DNA of 64,000 nt from Aminivibrio pyruvatiphilus (GTDB taxonomy: Bacteria > Synergistota > Synergistia > Synergistales > Aminobacteriaceae), in assembly GCF_004366815.1 (NCBI RefSeq), contig NZ_SORI01000015.1, positions 1,148-65,147 of the forward strand, in the 5' to 3' direction. The notes beneath the pieces were generated by a model. The model ran no database searches. It was not told the DNA's origin and saw only the letters and a program-made list of their open reading frames with translations. Positions 46,571 to 56,593 of the stretch are shown here, piece by piece; position 1 is the first letter of the stretch; every line of letters begins with the position of its first letter. The position numbers and the translations under genes were made by a program.

Positions 46571-48199
46571 ATGAAAAACGGGAATTATGACGCGGTTGTC
46601 GTCGGCGGAGGGCTGGCCGGACTTGTCGCCGCCATAGAGGCTGCAAAGAGGGGACTCGGAGTCCTCCTGGTCTGCAAAAGCAGGGCGGGAAAAAGCGGCA
46701 ATACCCTCGTCTCCGGGGCTGCCCTTTCAGTGCTGAACACCGGCGCGAAGTCAGGCGATTCCCCCGCCCTTCTGGAGCGGGATATCCTCGCGTCCGGGTG
46801 CGGAATGAACGATCCCCGGCTCTGCCGAACCTTTGCGAAAGAATCGGCTTCTGCAGTCGATATGCTGAAGGAATACGGCGTGGCGTTCAAGGAGGCGGGC
46901 GGGATTCCCATGGTGAAGCAGCCCCCCGGACACAGTGTTCCCCGCATGTTTCCCTCGGAATTCCGGGAGTACCCCTATATGAACCGCGGCCTCGCCCTGA
47001 CGCTCCCTCTTGTGGAACGGGCGGAGGAGCTCGGGGTTGTCATACGGAACGATACCGCGGCTCTCAGGATCCTCACCCGTGAAAATTCCGTCTGCGGACT
47101 TCTGGCATGGGACAGCCGCACGGGAGAAGCGCTTCACTTCCGGACCGGAACAGTCATTCTGGCCGCAGGCGGGGGAGCAGGGCTTTTTTCCATGAACAAC
47201 AACACGGCGGATGTGTCATGCGATTCCTTCGGCCTGGCCTACGAGGCGGGGGCCGTGCTCCGTGACATGGAAATGGTGCAGTTTTACCCCTCCATGATGT
47301 ATGAACCCGCCAGGATACCCTTTTCCAACCCCCTATTCGGTGAGGGGGCGGTGCTCAGGAATGTTGACGGCGAAGAGTTCCTCTCCCGCTACAGCCCAAA
47401 AGGCAGCCGTGCCACCAGGGATCTTATGGCCAGGGCTGTGAAACATGAGATCGACGAGGGACGGGGTAATCCCCGGTATGTCTTCGCGGACTGCTCCGGA
47501 ATTCCCGGAGAGGTGCTGAAACTCAGGTACGGCGAGCTTTCGGCCATTCTTTCCAGGTATGGCCTGAACCTGGCGAAGGATCTGCTCCAGATCGCACCCT
47601 CGGCCCATTTTTACCTGGGAGGCGTCGTGATCGACAGGACGTGCGCCACGTCCGTGGAAGGACTTTTTGCCTGCGGTGAGGCTGCCGGAGGGCTTCATGG
47701 GGCGAACCGCCTCGCGGGCATTGCCCTGGCTGAAGCTGCCGTGTTCGGGAGCATTGCCGGCAGGTCAGCTTCGGAGTATTTCAAAAGGCAGCCGCCTCTC
47801 CCTTCATCCGGCATCTCCGGAGAGATACCGTCCGGGGGGGCGAAGGCTTCTCTTTCCGGCCTGACCGAGAGACTCCGGGAGGGCATGTGGAGCTTTGCCT
47901 CCATCGTCCGCAGCGAGGCCTCCCTGAAAACGGCGGCCGGGGAAATTGAGGAGATCTCCCGGGAACTCGAGTCTGGAGGAGCGGGTAATTCAGGAGACCA
48001 GCCCCGGCTTTTCTCCCTGCGGTCCATGCTTTTGACGGCGCGGATGCTGGTGGAGTGCAGCCTTCTGAGGAAGGAAACCAGGGGGGCCTTCTGCCGGGAG
48101 GAGTACCGGGACAGTTCCCGGGAATACGCCGGATCATTCCTGGTACAGAAAACGGAAACCGGTGCCATGGCCGTCCGCTTCCGGCCGAACTGGTCATGA
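46571..48199 (+). CDS. FAD-dependent oxidoreductase of the fumarate reductase / succinate dehydrogenase / L-aspartate oxidase flavoprotein family
   Basis: YDAVVVGGGLAGLVAAIEAA (FAD dinucleotide-binding). HFYLGGVVID. GLFACGEAAGGLHGANRLAGIALAEAAVFG. Confidence 0.8.
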   Translation: MKNGNYDAVVVGGGLAGLVAAIEAAKRGLGVLLVCKSRAGKSGNTLVSGAALSVLNTGAKSGDSPALLERDILASGCGMNDPRLCRTFAKESASAVDMLKEYGVAFKEAGGIPMVKQPPGHSVPRMFPSEFREYPYMNRGLALTLPLVERAEELGVVIRNDTAALRILTRENSVCGLLAWDSRTGEALHFRTGTVILAAGGGAGLFSMNNNTADVSCDSFGLAYEAGAVLRDMEMVQFYPSMMYEPARIPFSNPLFGEGAVLRNVDGEEFLSRYSPKGSRATRDLMARAVKHEIDEGRGNPRYVFADCSGIPGEVLKLRYGELSAILSRYGLNLAKDLLQIAPSAHFYLGGVVIDRTCATSVEGLFACGEAAGGLHGANRLAGIALAEAAVFGSIAGRSASEYFKRQPPLPSSGISGEIPSGGAKASLSGLTERLREGMWSFASIVRSEASLKTAAGEIEEISRELESGGAGNSGDQPRLFSLRSMLLTARMLVECSLLRKETRGAFCREEYRDSSREYAGSFLVQKTETGAMAVRFRPNWS

Positions 48200-48224
48200 A
48201 CTGTCCGGAGCGCAGGCGTTCTTT

Positions 48225-49025
48225 CTAGCCCCCGGTTTCCAGGAGGGAAACGGACCGGCGTTCAGCCCCCAGCCTCAGGGAGAGTTCCATGCATGTTTTC
48301 TTCAGGGCGGGAATGAGCTCCCGGACCATCTCTTCGGTGAAACGGGCCGTCGGACCGGAAAGGGTCATGCATGCCGCGGGCTGCGGAGATGCGTCAAAAA
48401 TCGGGACCGCCACTGAAGAGACTCCCTGCTCCCGTTCCGACACGCTGAGGCTGTAGCCGAGTTGTCGCAGCTCACGGTTTTTCTCCATGACCACTTTTTT
48501 GTCAAGAATTGTATTCGGCGTCAGGGATTCCACCTCGTCAAGGATTCTGAACACTTCCTCCTCGGGCATGAACGCGATAAAGCAGCGGCCGGAGGCCCCG
48601 GCCCACAGGGGGAAACGGTCCCCGAGCTTTGCCGACCGCTTCAGGTTCAGGGAACTCTCCACCTGTTCAAAGCATACGCGGCTGTCTCCTTCACGGACAT
48701 AGAGGTTCACCGTTTCATTGAATTTTTTCCTGAGGTCTTCCATGTACGGGAGAGCCATGGTTCTCAGTCCGCCCGTCTTTTTCGCTATGGATCCCAGAAG
48801 GTAGCACTGAAAGCCGAGACTGAACAGCTTGCTCTTTTTGTCCCGTTCCAGAAAGCCTTCCTCTTCGAGAGCTTTGGTCAGTCGTGCGGCCGTAGGCAGG
48901 GGAAGATTCAGCTCCCGGGCTATTTCCGTCAGGGTCCTCCTGCTTTTCTGCCAGGAAAAACAGGAAAGGACCGAAAGTCCTTTTTTCAGTGCGGAAGCCC
49001 CGTCTTCTTTTATGTTCCCCTTCAT
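48225..49025 (-). CDS. IclR-family transcriptional regulator
   Basis: N-terminal wHTH (LTEIARELNLPLPTAARLTKALEEEGFLERD) plus C-terminal IclR effector domain. Confidence 0.8.
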   Translation of the reverse strand: MKGNIKEDGASALKKGLSVLSCFSWQKSRRTLTEIARELNLPLPTAARLTKALEEEGFLERDKKSKLFSLGFQCYLLGSIAKKTGGLRTMALPYMEDLRKKFNETVNLYVREGDSRVCFEQVESSLNLKRSAKLGDRFPLWAGASGRCFIAFMPEEEVFRILDEVESLTPNTILDKKVVMEKNRELRQLGYSLSVSEREQGVSSVAVPIFDASPQPAACMTLSGPTARFTEEMVRELIPALKKTCMELSLRLGAERRSVSLLETGG

Positions 49026-49162
49026 GATCCTCTTCAGCTCCCGGCTGGAAAATATTTTGCATTGACAAAACGGGTTCACAGTGTAATATGATTTTACCAC
49101 AATATGAAATGTGCTTCCAGATTATGGAAGTATTTCTTATCCCCATCCAACGGAGGCAGATC

Positions 49163-50053
49163 ATGAAAAAATCCGCAGTGCTTCGCCAGATGCTTCAGGA
49201 ACGAAAAGCAGTTCCGGTGCCCGGCGCTCATGACGCCATATCGGCAAAACTCATCGAAAAGACGGGCTTCAAGGCTGTCCAGGTAAGCGGCTTCGGCCTT
49301 GCAGCTTCCCTTCTCGGACTTCCCGACATGGCGTTCATCTCCTTCACCGAGGTCCTCGAATTTACGCGGAATATCGTGGATGCCGTCAATATCCCCGTCA
49401 TGGCTGACGCTGACACGGGGTACGGCAATGCCATCAACGCCATGCGGGTCACCGAAAAATTCATCAGGGCAGGCGCTGCGGGGATGAACATCGAGGACCA
49501 GGTTTTCCCGAAACGGTGCGGCCATATCGAAGGAAAATCCGTCGTCCCCCTTGAGGAAATGGTCCTCAAGGTCAAGGCCTGCGCAAAGATCCGGGACGAG
49601 CTGGACCCTGATTTCATCATCAACGCCAGGACAGACGCCATTGCCGTTTCCGGAGTTGACGAGGCCATCCGCAGGGGAAACGCCTATATTGAAGCCGGGG
49701 CTGACATGATCTTCGTCGAGGCTCCCCGCACGGTGGAAGAGATAGAAAAGGCGGTCAAGGGCATAAAGGGGCTGGTGAGCATCAACCTCTTCGACAATAT
49801 CGAGGGAGGAAAGACCCCTCTTCTGTCCGTGGAGGAACTTGCGGCCATGGGAGTCGCCCGCATCAGCATTCCGGTGGGCACGACCTTCGCGGCGGCCCGG
49901 GGAGTGCTCAATTATCTTGAGGCCATCAAGGGAGGGCGCCTCGCTCCCGAGAGAAAGGATCTCGTTTTCTCCTTCAATGAATTCAAGGACCTCGTCGGGG
50001 TACCTGAATTCAGGGACCAGGAAAAAGAGTTCCTTCCCACCTTCGTCGAATAG
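49163..50053 (+). CDS. Isocitrate lyase / PEP mutase superfamily enzyme (methylisocitrate lyase / dimethylmalate lyase / oxaloacetate decarboxylase-like)
   Basis: VPGAHDAISAKLIEKTGFKAVQVSGFGLAAS...ADADTGYGNA...NIEDQVFPKRCGHIEGK (K-x-C-G-H motif). Confidence 0.8.
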   Translation: MKKSAVLRQMLQERKAVPVPGAHDAISAKLIEKTGFKAVQVSGFGLAASLLGLPDMAFISFTEVLEFTRNIVDAVNIPVMADADTGYGNAINAMRVTEKFIRAGAAGMNIEDQVFPKRCGHIEGKSVVPLEEMVLKVKACAKIRDELDPDFIINARTDAIAVSGVDEAIRRGNAYIEAGADMIFVEAPRTVEEIEKAVKGIKGLVSINLFDNIEGGKTPLLSVEELAAMGVARISIPVGTTFAAARGVLNYLEAIKGGRLAPERKDLVFSFNEFKDLVGVPEFRDQEKEFLPTFVE

Positions 50054-50077
50054 AGCCCGGGGCGGGGAGAAGCAGAA

Positions 50078-50968
50078 ATGACCGTTACTCTGGGTTTTCT
50101 GGGTTTTGGCGAAGTGGGTTTTTTCATGTCGAAGGGGCTGAAAACGGCAGGCTTCGGCAGGATTGTGGCTTTCGACAGGGCCTTTGCCGACGGCGGACCG
50201 TTCGCCCGGACCATCGGTTCGAGAGCGGAGGAAGCAGGCGTGGAGCTTGTTCCCTCCCTTCAGGATATGCTGGGCCAGGCTGATGTGGTCGTCTCGGCGC
50301 TTCCGGCGAAGTACTCCCTTGCCGCGGCCAGGGAGGCCGCCGGATGCTCGACGGCCGCACGGCTTTTTGTCGACGTATCCACGGCAAAACCATCGGAAAA
50401 GAGAGAGATGGAACAGCTTTTTGCCGGAAAGGGTATCCTGTTTGCCGACGGCGCCATGCTCGGCCCCCTTCCCACCTACGGCCACACGGTTCCCATTCTC
50501 GCCTCGGGGAGCGGAGCCTCCGGATGGGCTGAGATGATGACTCCCTTCGGGATGAAGATAGAGCTCGCCGAAGGCCCCGCCGGGGCGGCCTCATCCATCA
50601 AGCTTGTCCGCAGCGTCTTCATGAAAGGCCTTGAAGCCCTTCTCGTGGAGACATTCCTGTTCGCGAAAAAGAGCGGCGCGGAGGAGATCGTGCTGGAATC
50701 CCTGGCGGAAACCCTGAACGTGCCTTTCCAGAATACAGCACGGAGAATGATCGCCGCCGACCTTGTCCATGCCGAGCGCAGGGCCTTCGAAGTGGGAGAG
50801 TCGGTGGAACTCATGAAGGACCTCGGCATAGAGCCCATTATGGCCGAAGCCGTCATCCGGCGCCTCAAAAAGTCCGCCGCCCTCGGAACGAGAGAGGAGC
50901 TCGGAGGGGTGCCTCCGAAGACTCTTCCCGAGGTCTACGAGATCTGGCGGACAAAAGGCCATTGCTGA
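50078..50968 (+). CDS. NAD(P)-binding 6PGDH-like / DUF1932 family dehydrogenase
   Basis: N-terminal Rossmann LGFLGFGEVG. C-terminal DUF1932-like helical domain. Confidence 0.55.
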   Translation: MTVTLGFLGFGEVGFFMSKGLKTAGFGRIVAFDRAFADGGPFARTIGSRAEEAGVELVPSLQDMLGQADVVVSALPAKYSLAAAREAAGCSTAARLFVDVSTAKPSEKREMEQLFAGKGILFADGAMLGPLPTYGHTVPILASGSGASGWAEMMTPFGMKIELAEGPAGAASSIKLVRSVFMKGLEALLVETFLFAKKSGAEEIVLESLAETLNVPFQNTARRMIAADLVHAERRAFEVGESVELMKDLGIEPIMAEAVIRRLKKSAALGTREELGGVPPKTLPEVYEIWRTKGHC

Positions 50969-51006
50969 AGCAAGACACATACTGCCGCATACAAGGAGAG
51001 AAAACA

Positions 51007-51702
51007 ATGCCCGTAGGATTCCGCGTTTTTCTTAAAAGAAACCTTCCCCCGAAAGACCTTGTCGAAAGCTTCCGGACCATACCGGCGGCAAACATAGCCG
51101 ACTGCATGGGACGACACAACGCCATGATCCCCGAGATCCGGCTTATGACGAAGCCCGGTGACGTCAACATGGTCGGTGTTGCCCTGACGGTGAAAACCTG
51201 CTACGGGGACAACCTGATGATCCACCAGGGGCTCGACATGGCGGCCGAAGGGGATGTCCTGGTGATTGCCAATGAAGGGGGAAGAAACAGATCCCTCCTC
51301 GGGGAAATAATGTACCGCTACGCCGAGAGAAAGAACCTTGCCGGAATCGTCCTCGACGCCCCCATTCGGGATGCCCTCCAGATCTCCGGCGGTTCCGTTC
51401 CTCTCTACGCCACCGGTTCGACACCGGGCGGCCCCTACAAGGAGGGCCCGGGCGAGGTGAACGTTCCCGTCTCCTGCGGCGGTGTGCACGTCAACCCCGG
51501 TGACATCATCGTCGGAGATCCTGACGGCGTCATCGTCATCCCGCGGCAGGACGCGGAGGAAGTGCTCGAAGCGGTGAAGGCCTTCCAGCAGAATGACCGG
51601 AGGAAACTGCAGGCCGCCATCGACGGAACGGCCGACAGAAGCTGGGTCATGAAGCAGCTTGAAGCGAAGAAGTGTGAATTTCGGGACGGAGTTTGCGGCT
51701 GA
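51007..51702 (+). CDS. RraA-family protein (4-hydroxy-4-methyl-2-oxoglutarate aldolase / oxaloacetate decarboxylase-like)
   Basis: RraA fold blocks GDVLVIANEGGRNRSLLGEIM and GIVLDAPIRD. Confidence 0.75.
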   Translation: MPVGFRVFLKRNLPPKDLVESFRTIPAANIADCMGRHNAMIPEIRLMTKPGDVNMVGVALTVKTCYGDNLMIHQGLDMAAEGDVLVIANEGGRNRSLLGEIMYRYAERKNLAGIVLDAPIRDALQISGGSVPLYATGSTPGGPYKEGPGEVNVPVSCGGVHVNPGDIIVGDPDGVIVIPRQDAEEVLEAVKAFQQNDRRKLQAAIDGTADRSWVMKQLEAKKCEFRDGVCG

Positions 51703-51799
51703 TTCCGCTGACTTCTGTCAGGGGCCGGCCGGGAATGCATCGCTTGCGACCGGCTGGTTTCCGTACCGGAAAGACTGAAAGGACAAGGGAGGAGCCGGA

Positions 51800-52237
51800 A
51801 TGGAACTCAGGTTGAAATACGCGGAAAGCCTTTTCCTGTTGGTGATCGGGGCAGTTTCAGTACTGTTTCTTGTTCTTTCACGGGAATACAGCGCCATGGC
51901 GAGAAGCGTGCCGAATATTTGCGCTGTCTTCGCACTGCTGACAATTGCTTTCCGCCTTTGGCAGATCTGGAGCAGGGATTCCCTCCGGGGGGCGGTGCTG
52001 AGGATCCATCAGCGATCCGTGCCTTTCATTATTATGCTCGCAGTCTATACCGCTGGGGTTTTCCTCATCGGTTTTATGCTGTCCAGCCTGGTCTTCGTGC
52101 CGGTATGCATGTACTGGATGGGGCAAAGGCAAATTTTCAGAATTGCGGTCATTACTGTTGCATATGTCGCTTTGATATATCTCGTCTTCGTCGTTGGATT
52201 CCGGATGCCCCTTCCGGACAGCCTGGTCGGTTTCTAG
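51800..52237 (+). CDS. tctB: Tripartite tricarboxylate transporter TctB-family small membrane subunit
   Basis: 145 aa, 4 TM, positioned immediately upstream of tctA. Confidence 0.7.
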   Translation: MELRLKYAESLFLLVIGAVSVLFLVLSREYSAMARSVPNICAVFALLTIAFRLWQIWSRDSLRGAVLRIHQRSVPFIIMLAVYTAGVFLIGFMLSSLVFVPVCMYWMGQRQIFRIAVITVAYVALIYLVFVVGFRMPLPDSLVGF

Positions 52238-52249
52238 AGAGGTGAGGAA

Positions 52250-53731
52250 ATGATTTACGAAGGCCTTCTGGCAGCCCTTGCCCCTCTCAACATCGGTTAC
52301 GCCTTTTTCGGGACGGCCCTGGGAATCGTCATGGGAGCCATACCGGGCATCGGCTCTTCCATGACCATGGCATTGCTCCTGCCGTTTACCTTCTGGATGT
52401 CCGCCGAAGGGGCGCTGATTCTTCTGGGCTCCGTCTACTGCGGGGCGACTTATGGGGGATCGATTTCCGCCATCCTGCTGAATACACCGGGGACTCCCGC
52501 ATCGGCGGCGACCTCTTTCGACGGATACCCCATGGCACAGCAGGGCAGAGGCATGGAGGCCATAGGAATTGCAGCCATGGCTTCTTTTGTCGGAGGAATG
52601 GCGGGACTGCTGCTTCTTTTCTTTCTGTCCCCTCCCCTGGCGGAGATTTCGCTCAAATTCGGCCCCGCGGAACTCTTTCTCCTGACCCTTTTCACCTTTA
52701 TCATCATCTCCGTCACGGTACTGAAAGAATCCGTGGTAAAAGGCCTCATTTCCCTCGGACTGGGCCTCGTTCTCTCGGGAATAGGGTATGATCCCATCTC
52801 CGGAGCGCTGCGGTTCACGTTCGGTCTGCCATACCTTGAGGACGGAATCCAGTTGGTGCCTGCAATCATCGGACTGTTTGCCATTTCCGAGGTTTTTGCC
52901 TTTGTGGAAAGCGGGGGCACCATTTCCAACTCGCTCGAAGCAAAGGGAGGACTGAAAGAGGGATTCAGGCAGACATTCCGCTTTCCCGGGACACTGATCC
53001 GCTCTACCGTGATAGGTTCGGTCATCGGAGCCCTCCCCGGGATCGGCGTGAGCGCGGCCAACCTCATAGCCTACGTCGCGGCAAAAGCCCGTTCCAAGCA
53101 TTCAAAACTTTTCGGCCAGGGAGCTCCGGAAGGAGTCATCGCCCCGGAATCATCGAACAACGCGGTTACCTGCACTTCTCTCATTCCGACGCTGACCCTC
53201 GGCATTCCCGGAAGTTCCTCCGCCGCCCTTCTTATGGGAGCCCTTATGATCCATGGCCTGATACCGGGCTCTTCCCTTTTCACCACCTACGGAAAAGTGA
53301 CCTACACGTTCTTTTTCGGACTGGGCCTGTCCAATATCTTCATGCTGCTCGTCACCATCTTTGCCGTGAAGTTCCTCGTCAAGGTGACGGTGGTGAACGT
53401 CGGATTTCTTATTCCTATCATCGTGAGCCTTTGTTTCATCGGATCTTACGCCATGAGGAACAATATCGGAGATGCGGTTGTGACAGTAGCTTTCGGCCTT
53501 TTAGCCTTCGTCATGAGAAAACTCAAGTATCCTCTCATCTGCCTTCTGCTCCCCATCATCCTGGGAACGATGATGGAACGGGGGTACCATCAGTCTCTCA
53601 TGCTTTCGGGCGGATCCTTCTCCATATTCTGGGCAAGCCCCATTTCCAAGGTTATTCTGGCCGTCACCATTCTCTCCGTGGTGTATCCCATGCTGGGATT
53701 TTTCCGGAAAACCGGAAAGAACGTGAAATAA
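52250..53731 (+). CDS. tctA: Tripartite tricarboxylate transporter TctA-family large permease
   Basis: 493 aa; N-terminus LAALAPLNIGYAFFGTALGIVMGAIPGIGSSMTMALLLP is characteristic of TctA. Confidence 0.85.
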   Translation: MIYEGLLAALAPLNIGYAFFGTALGIVMGAIPGIGSSMTMALLLPFTFWMSAEGALILLGSVYCGATYGGSISAILLNTPGTPASAATSFDGYPMAQQGRGMEAIGIAAMASFVGGMAGLLLLFFLSPPLAEISLKFGPAELFLLTLFTFIIISVTVLKESVVKGLISLGLGLVLSGIGYDPISGALRFTFGLPYLEDGIQLVPAIIGLFAISEVFAFVESGGTISNSLEAKGGLKEGFRQTFRFPGTLIRSTVIGSVIGALPGIGVSAANLIAYVAAKARSKHSKLFGQGAPEGVIAPESSNNAVTCTSLIPTLTLGIPGSSSAALLMGALMIHGLIPGSSLFTTYGKVTYTFFFGLGLSNIFMLLVTIFAVKFLVKVTVVNVGFLIPIIVSLCFIGSYAMRNNIGDAVVTVAFGLLAFVMRKLKYPLICLLLPIILGTMMERGYHQSLMLSGGSFSIFWASPISKVILAVTILSVVYPMLGFFRKTGKNVK

Positions 53732-53840
53732 GGTTCGGAAGAAAGTGCAGGCAGGCAAAGGCTTCTCACGGCTTCCGGCAGGATTTTCCGGGGGCAGCCC
53801 GAACAGGGTTTCAAACCCTATTCCTTAAGGAGGATCGGCA

Positions 53841-54740
53841 ATGAAAAGATCAACAAAGCTCAGGGCAATGCTGAATGAACGTTCCGCTCTCGTGTGCCCG
53901 GGGGCCCATGACGCCCTTTCGGCGAAAATGATCGAGAACTATGGATTCAAGGCGCTTCAGGTCAGCGGTTTCGGACTTTCCGCCAGCTATCTCGGCCTGC
54001 CGGACATGGCGTTCCTTTCTTTTGCCGATGTGCTGCATTTTTCGAAGAACGTGATCGATGCCGTGCATATTCCGGTTATTGTCGATGCGGATACCGGTTT
54101 CGGCAATGCCATATCGGCCATGTACGTTACCGAGCAGTTTATCGGTGCAGGGGCGGCGGGAATGAACATAGAAGACCAGGCATTCCCCAAAAGATGCGGG
54201 CACATGGAAGGGAAGCAGCTTGTTTCGAAAGAGGAAATGGCGCTGAAGGTCAAGGCCTGCAGGGACGTGAGAGACAGGCTCGATCCCGATTTCATCATCA
54301 ATGCCCGAACTGACGCAATCGCTGTCGAAGGGTTCGAAAGCGCCGTAGACAGGGCGAACGCCTATGCCGAAGCAGGAGCGGACCTCATTTTTCTCGAGGC
54401 CCCAAGATCTGAAGAGCAGATACGGGAAGCTGTCGCCCGGATCAAGGCCCCTGTGAGCATCAATATATTCGATGCTGTCGCGGGAGGGAAAACCCCTGTC
54501 ATGTCCATTGAAAAGCTCAGGGAGCTCGGCGTGGCCAGGGTGAGCATTCCCGTCGGCCCGCTTTTTGCGGCGGTGAAGGGGCTTATGGCCTATCTCGAGG
54601 CGATACGGGATGATAATGTAGCCGTAGGACGGAACGACCTTGTCTGTTCCTTCGGGGAATTCAGGGACCTTGTGGGGTACGATGACTTCCGGCAGCTGGA
54701 AAAGAAGTATCTTCCCTCGTTCATCGAGAACAACATGTAA
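53841..54740 (+). CDS. Isocitrate lyase / PEP mutase superfamily enzyme, paralog (~65% identical) of 49163-50053
   Basis: CPGAHDALSAKMIENYGFKALQVSGFGLSAS...DADTGFGNA...NIEDQAFPKRCGHMEGK. Confidence 0.8.
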   Translation: MKRSTKLRAMLNERSALVCPGAHDALSAKMIENYGFKALQVSGFGLSASYLGLPDMAFLSFADVLHFSKNVIDAVHIPVIVDADTGFGNAISAMYVTEQFIGAGAAGMNIEDQAFPKRCGHMEGKQLVSKEEMALKVKACRDVRDRLDPDFIINARTDAIAVEGFESAVDRANAYAEAGADLIFLEAPRSEEQIREAVARIKAPVSINIFDAVAGGKTPVMSIEKLRELGVARVSIPVGPLFAAVKGLMAYLEAIRDDNVAVGRNDLVCSFGEFRDLVGYDDFRQLEKKYLPSFIENNM

Positions 54741-54773
54741 CGGCGATGTCTGAGAAAGGTCAGGTTTTCTGAT

Positions 54774-56000
54774 ATGTACGGACAGACCATTGCGGAAAAA
54801 ATACTCCAGAAGCACTCGACGGAACCGGGAAAGCCCGTAAAGGCGGGAGACATCCTTTTCTGCAGCGTTGATTTTCTCATGAGCCATGACGCAACGGCGC
54901 CGATGGCCATACGGGCTTTCGAAAACATGGGAGGAACAAAGGTTTTTGATCCCTCGAAAATGGTGCTCATTCTTGACCACGCCACCCCCGCTCCCTATGA
55001 AAGAATAGCCAACCTTCAGTCCATGATGAGGGAGTTCGCCAGGGAGCAGGGAATAACGTTCATCGAAGGCGGAGAAGGCGTATGCCACCAGATCGTCGTG
55101 GAAAAGGGGTACCTCAGGCCCGGAGACCTGGCTCTCGGAACGGATTCCCACACCTGTACCTACGGTGCGCTGGGGGTTTTTGCGACCGGGGTCGGTTCCA
55201 CCGATATGGCCGCGGCGATGTACACCGGCAAATCGTGGTTCAAGGTTCCGGAAACCATACGGGTGAATCTGAAGGGAACCCTCCGGAAGGGATGTTCGGC
55301 GAAAGACGTGATTCTGAAGACCGCCGGAGTTATCGGGGCGGACGGTGCGAATTACAGGAGCATGGAGTTCTACGGAGAGTGGATCGACAGGGCTTCTCTT
55401 TCGGAACGCCTGACCATTGCCAACATGGTGGTGGAAATGGGAGCCAAGTGCGGTTTCCCCTGCGGTCCCGAACTGGGAATTTCCGCCGACGCCGATGCCC
55501 GGTACCTGATGGATGCGGAAATCGATCTTGACGCCCTAGTACCCGTGGTTGCGAGACCTCACGCGGTCGACGACGTCTGTCCCGTGAGCGAAGTCCGGGA
55601 CGTGGCCATTCACCAGGCCTTCCTGGGCAGCTGCACGAACGGGAGAATGGAAGACCTCCGCGAGGCCGCGCGAATACTGAAAGGAAAGAAGATTGCAGAA
55701 GGCGTGAGGCTTATCATCGCTCCTGCCTCCAGGCAGGTCATGCTCCAGGCCATGGAAGAGGGGGTGCTCACGACGCTCATCGAGGCGGGAGGAGCTGTTT
55801 TTACTCCCGGCTGCGGCGTGTGCGTGGGAACCCACGGAGGCGTCCCTGCGGACGGGGAGGTGGTCCTTTCCACCTCCAACCGCAATTTCAAGGGGAGGAT
55901 GGGAAACAACAAGGCGCTTATCTATCTTGCCTCACCCCTTACCATAGCGGCATCGGTAATCACGGGGCGAATCACGGACCCCAGGGAACTGGAGGGATGA
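54774..56000 (+). CDS. Aconitase-family dehydratase large subunit (LeuC/3-isopropylmalate-dehydratase-like)
   Basis: MGQTIAEKIL-type N-terminus. DHATPAP...GVCHQIVVEKGYLRPGDLALGTDSHTCTYGALG...GSCTNGRMEDL (Fe-S cluster Cys triad). Confidence 0.8.
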   Translation: MYGQTIAEKILQKHSTEPGKPVKAGDILFCSVDFLMSHDATAPMAIRAFENMGGTKVFDPSKMVLILDHATPAPYERIANLQSMMREFAREQGITFIEGGEGVCHQIVVEKGYLRPGDLALGTDSHTCTYGALGVFATGVGSTDMAAAMYTGKSWFKVPETIRVNLKGTLRKGCSAKDVILKTAGVIGADGANYRSMEFYGEWIDRASLSERLTIANMVVEMGAKCGFPCGPELGISADADARYLMDAEIDLDALVPVVARPHAVDDVCPVSEVRDVAIHQAFLGSCTNGRMEDLREAARILKGKKIAEGVRLIIAPASRQVMLQAMEEGVLTTLIEAGGAVFTPGCGVCVGTHGGVPADGEVVLSTSNRNFKGRMGNNKALIYLASPLTIAASVITGRITDPRELEG

Positions 56001-56491
56001 CGGTGAAACTCCAAGGGCATGCCGTAAAATACGGCGACAACATCAGCACGGATCTCATTATCGCCGGCAAGCACACCAAAACGCTGAATGTCCGGGACCT
56101 CGCGGACCATGCGATGGAAGATCTCGATCCTTCCTTCGGTGAGAAGATCAGCGGGGGCGGCGTTCTTGTGGCCGGAACGTATTTCGGCTGCGGATCTTCG
56201 AGAGAGCAGGCTCCCGTTGCCTTGAAAGAAGCCGGAGTCCTGTTCATCGCGGCGAAAACCTTTTCCCGCATTTTTTACAGGAATGCGGTCAACATCGGAC
56301 TTGCCGTGGTCGAATGCGATACCGACTCCATCGGCGAAGGAGATATCCTTGAATATGATGTCGGCTCGGATGTCCTGAAAAACAGGAGCAAAAATCTGGA
56401 GCTGGCGGTGACCCCTCTCCCCGAAATAATGGTGGAAATTCTGAAAGAAGGCGGGGTGGTGCCGTATATAAAAAAACACGGCGGATTTTAG
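55997..56491 (+). CDS. Aconitase-family dehydratase small subunit (LeuD-like), start overlaps the large-subunit stop (ATGA)
   Basis: GDNISTDLIIAGKH...VAGTYFGCGSSREQAPVALKEAGV...IFYRNAVNIGL. Confidence 0.8.
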   Translation: MTVKLQGHAVKYGDNISTDLIIAGKHTKTLNVRDLADHAMEDLDPSFGEKISGGGVLVAGTYFGCGSSREQAPVALKEAGVLFIAAKTFSRIFYRNAVNIGLAVVECDTDSIGEGDILEYDVGSDVLKNRSKNLELAVTPLPEIMVEILKEGGVVPYIKKHGGF

Positions 56492-56593
56492 GGAACAGGT
56501 GCTTCCCGGCCGGTTTTCAGCCCGGAAGCCGGGGAACCTCCGGGGCTGGGGAACCGTAATTTTGAGTGTTTAGTAAGGAGGAGGTATGTCGAG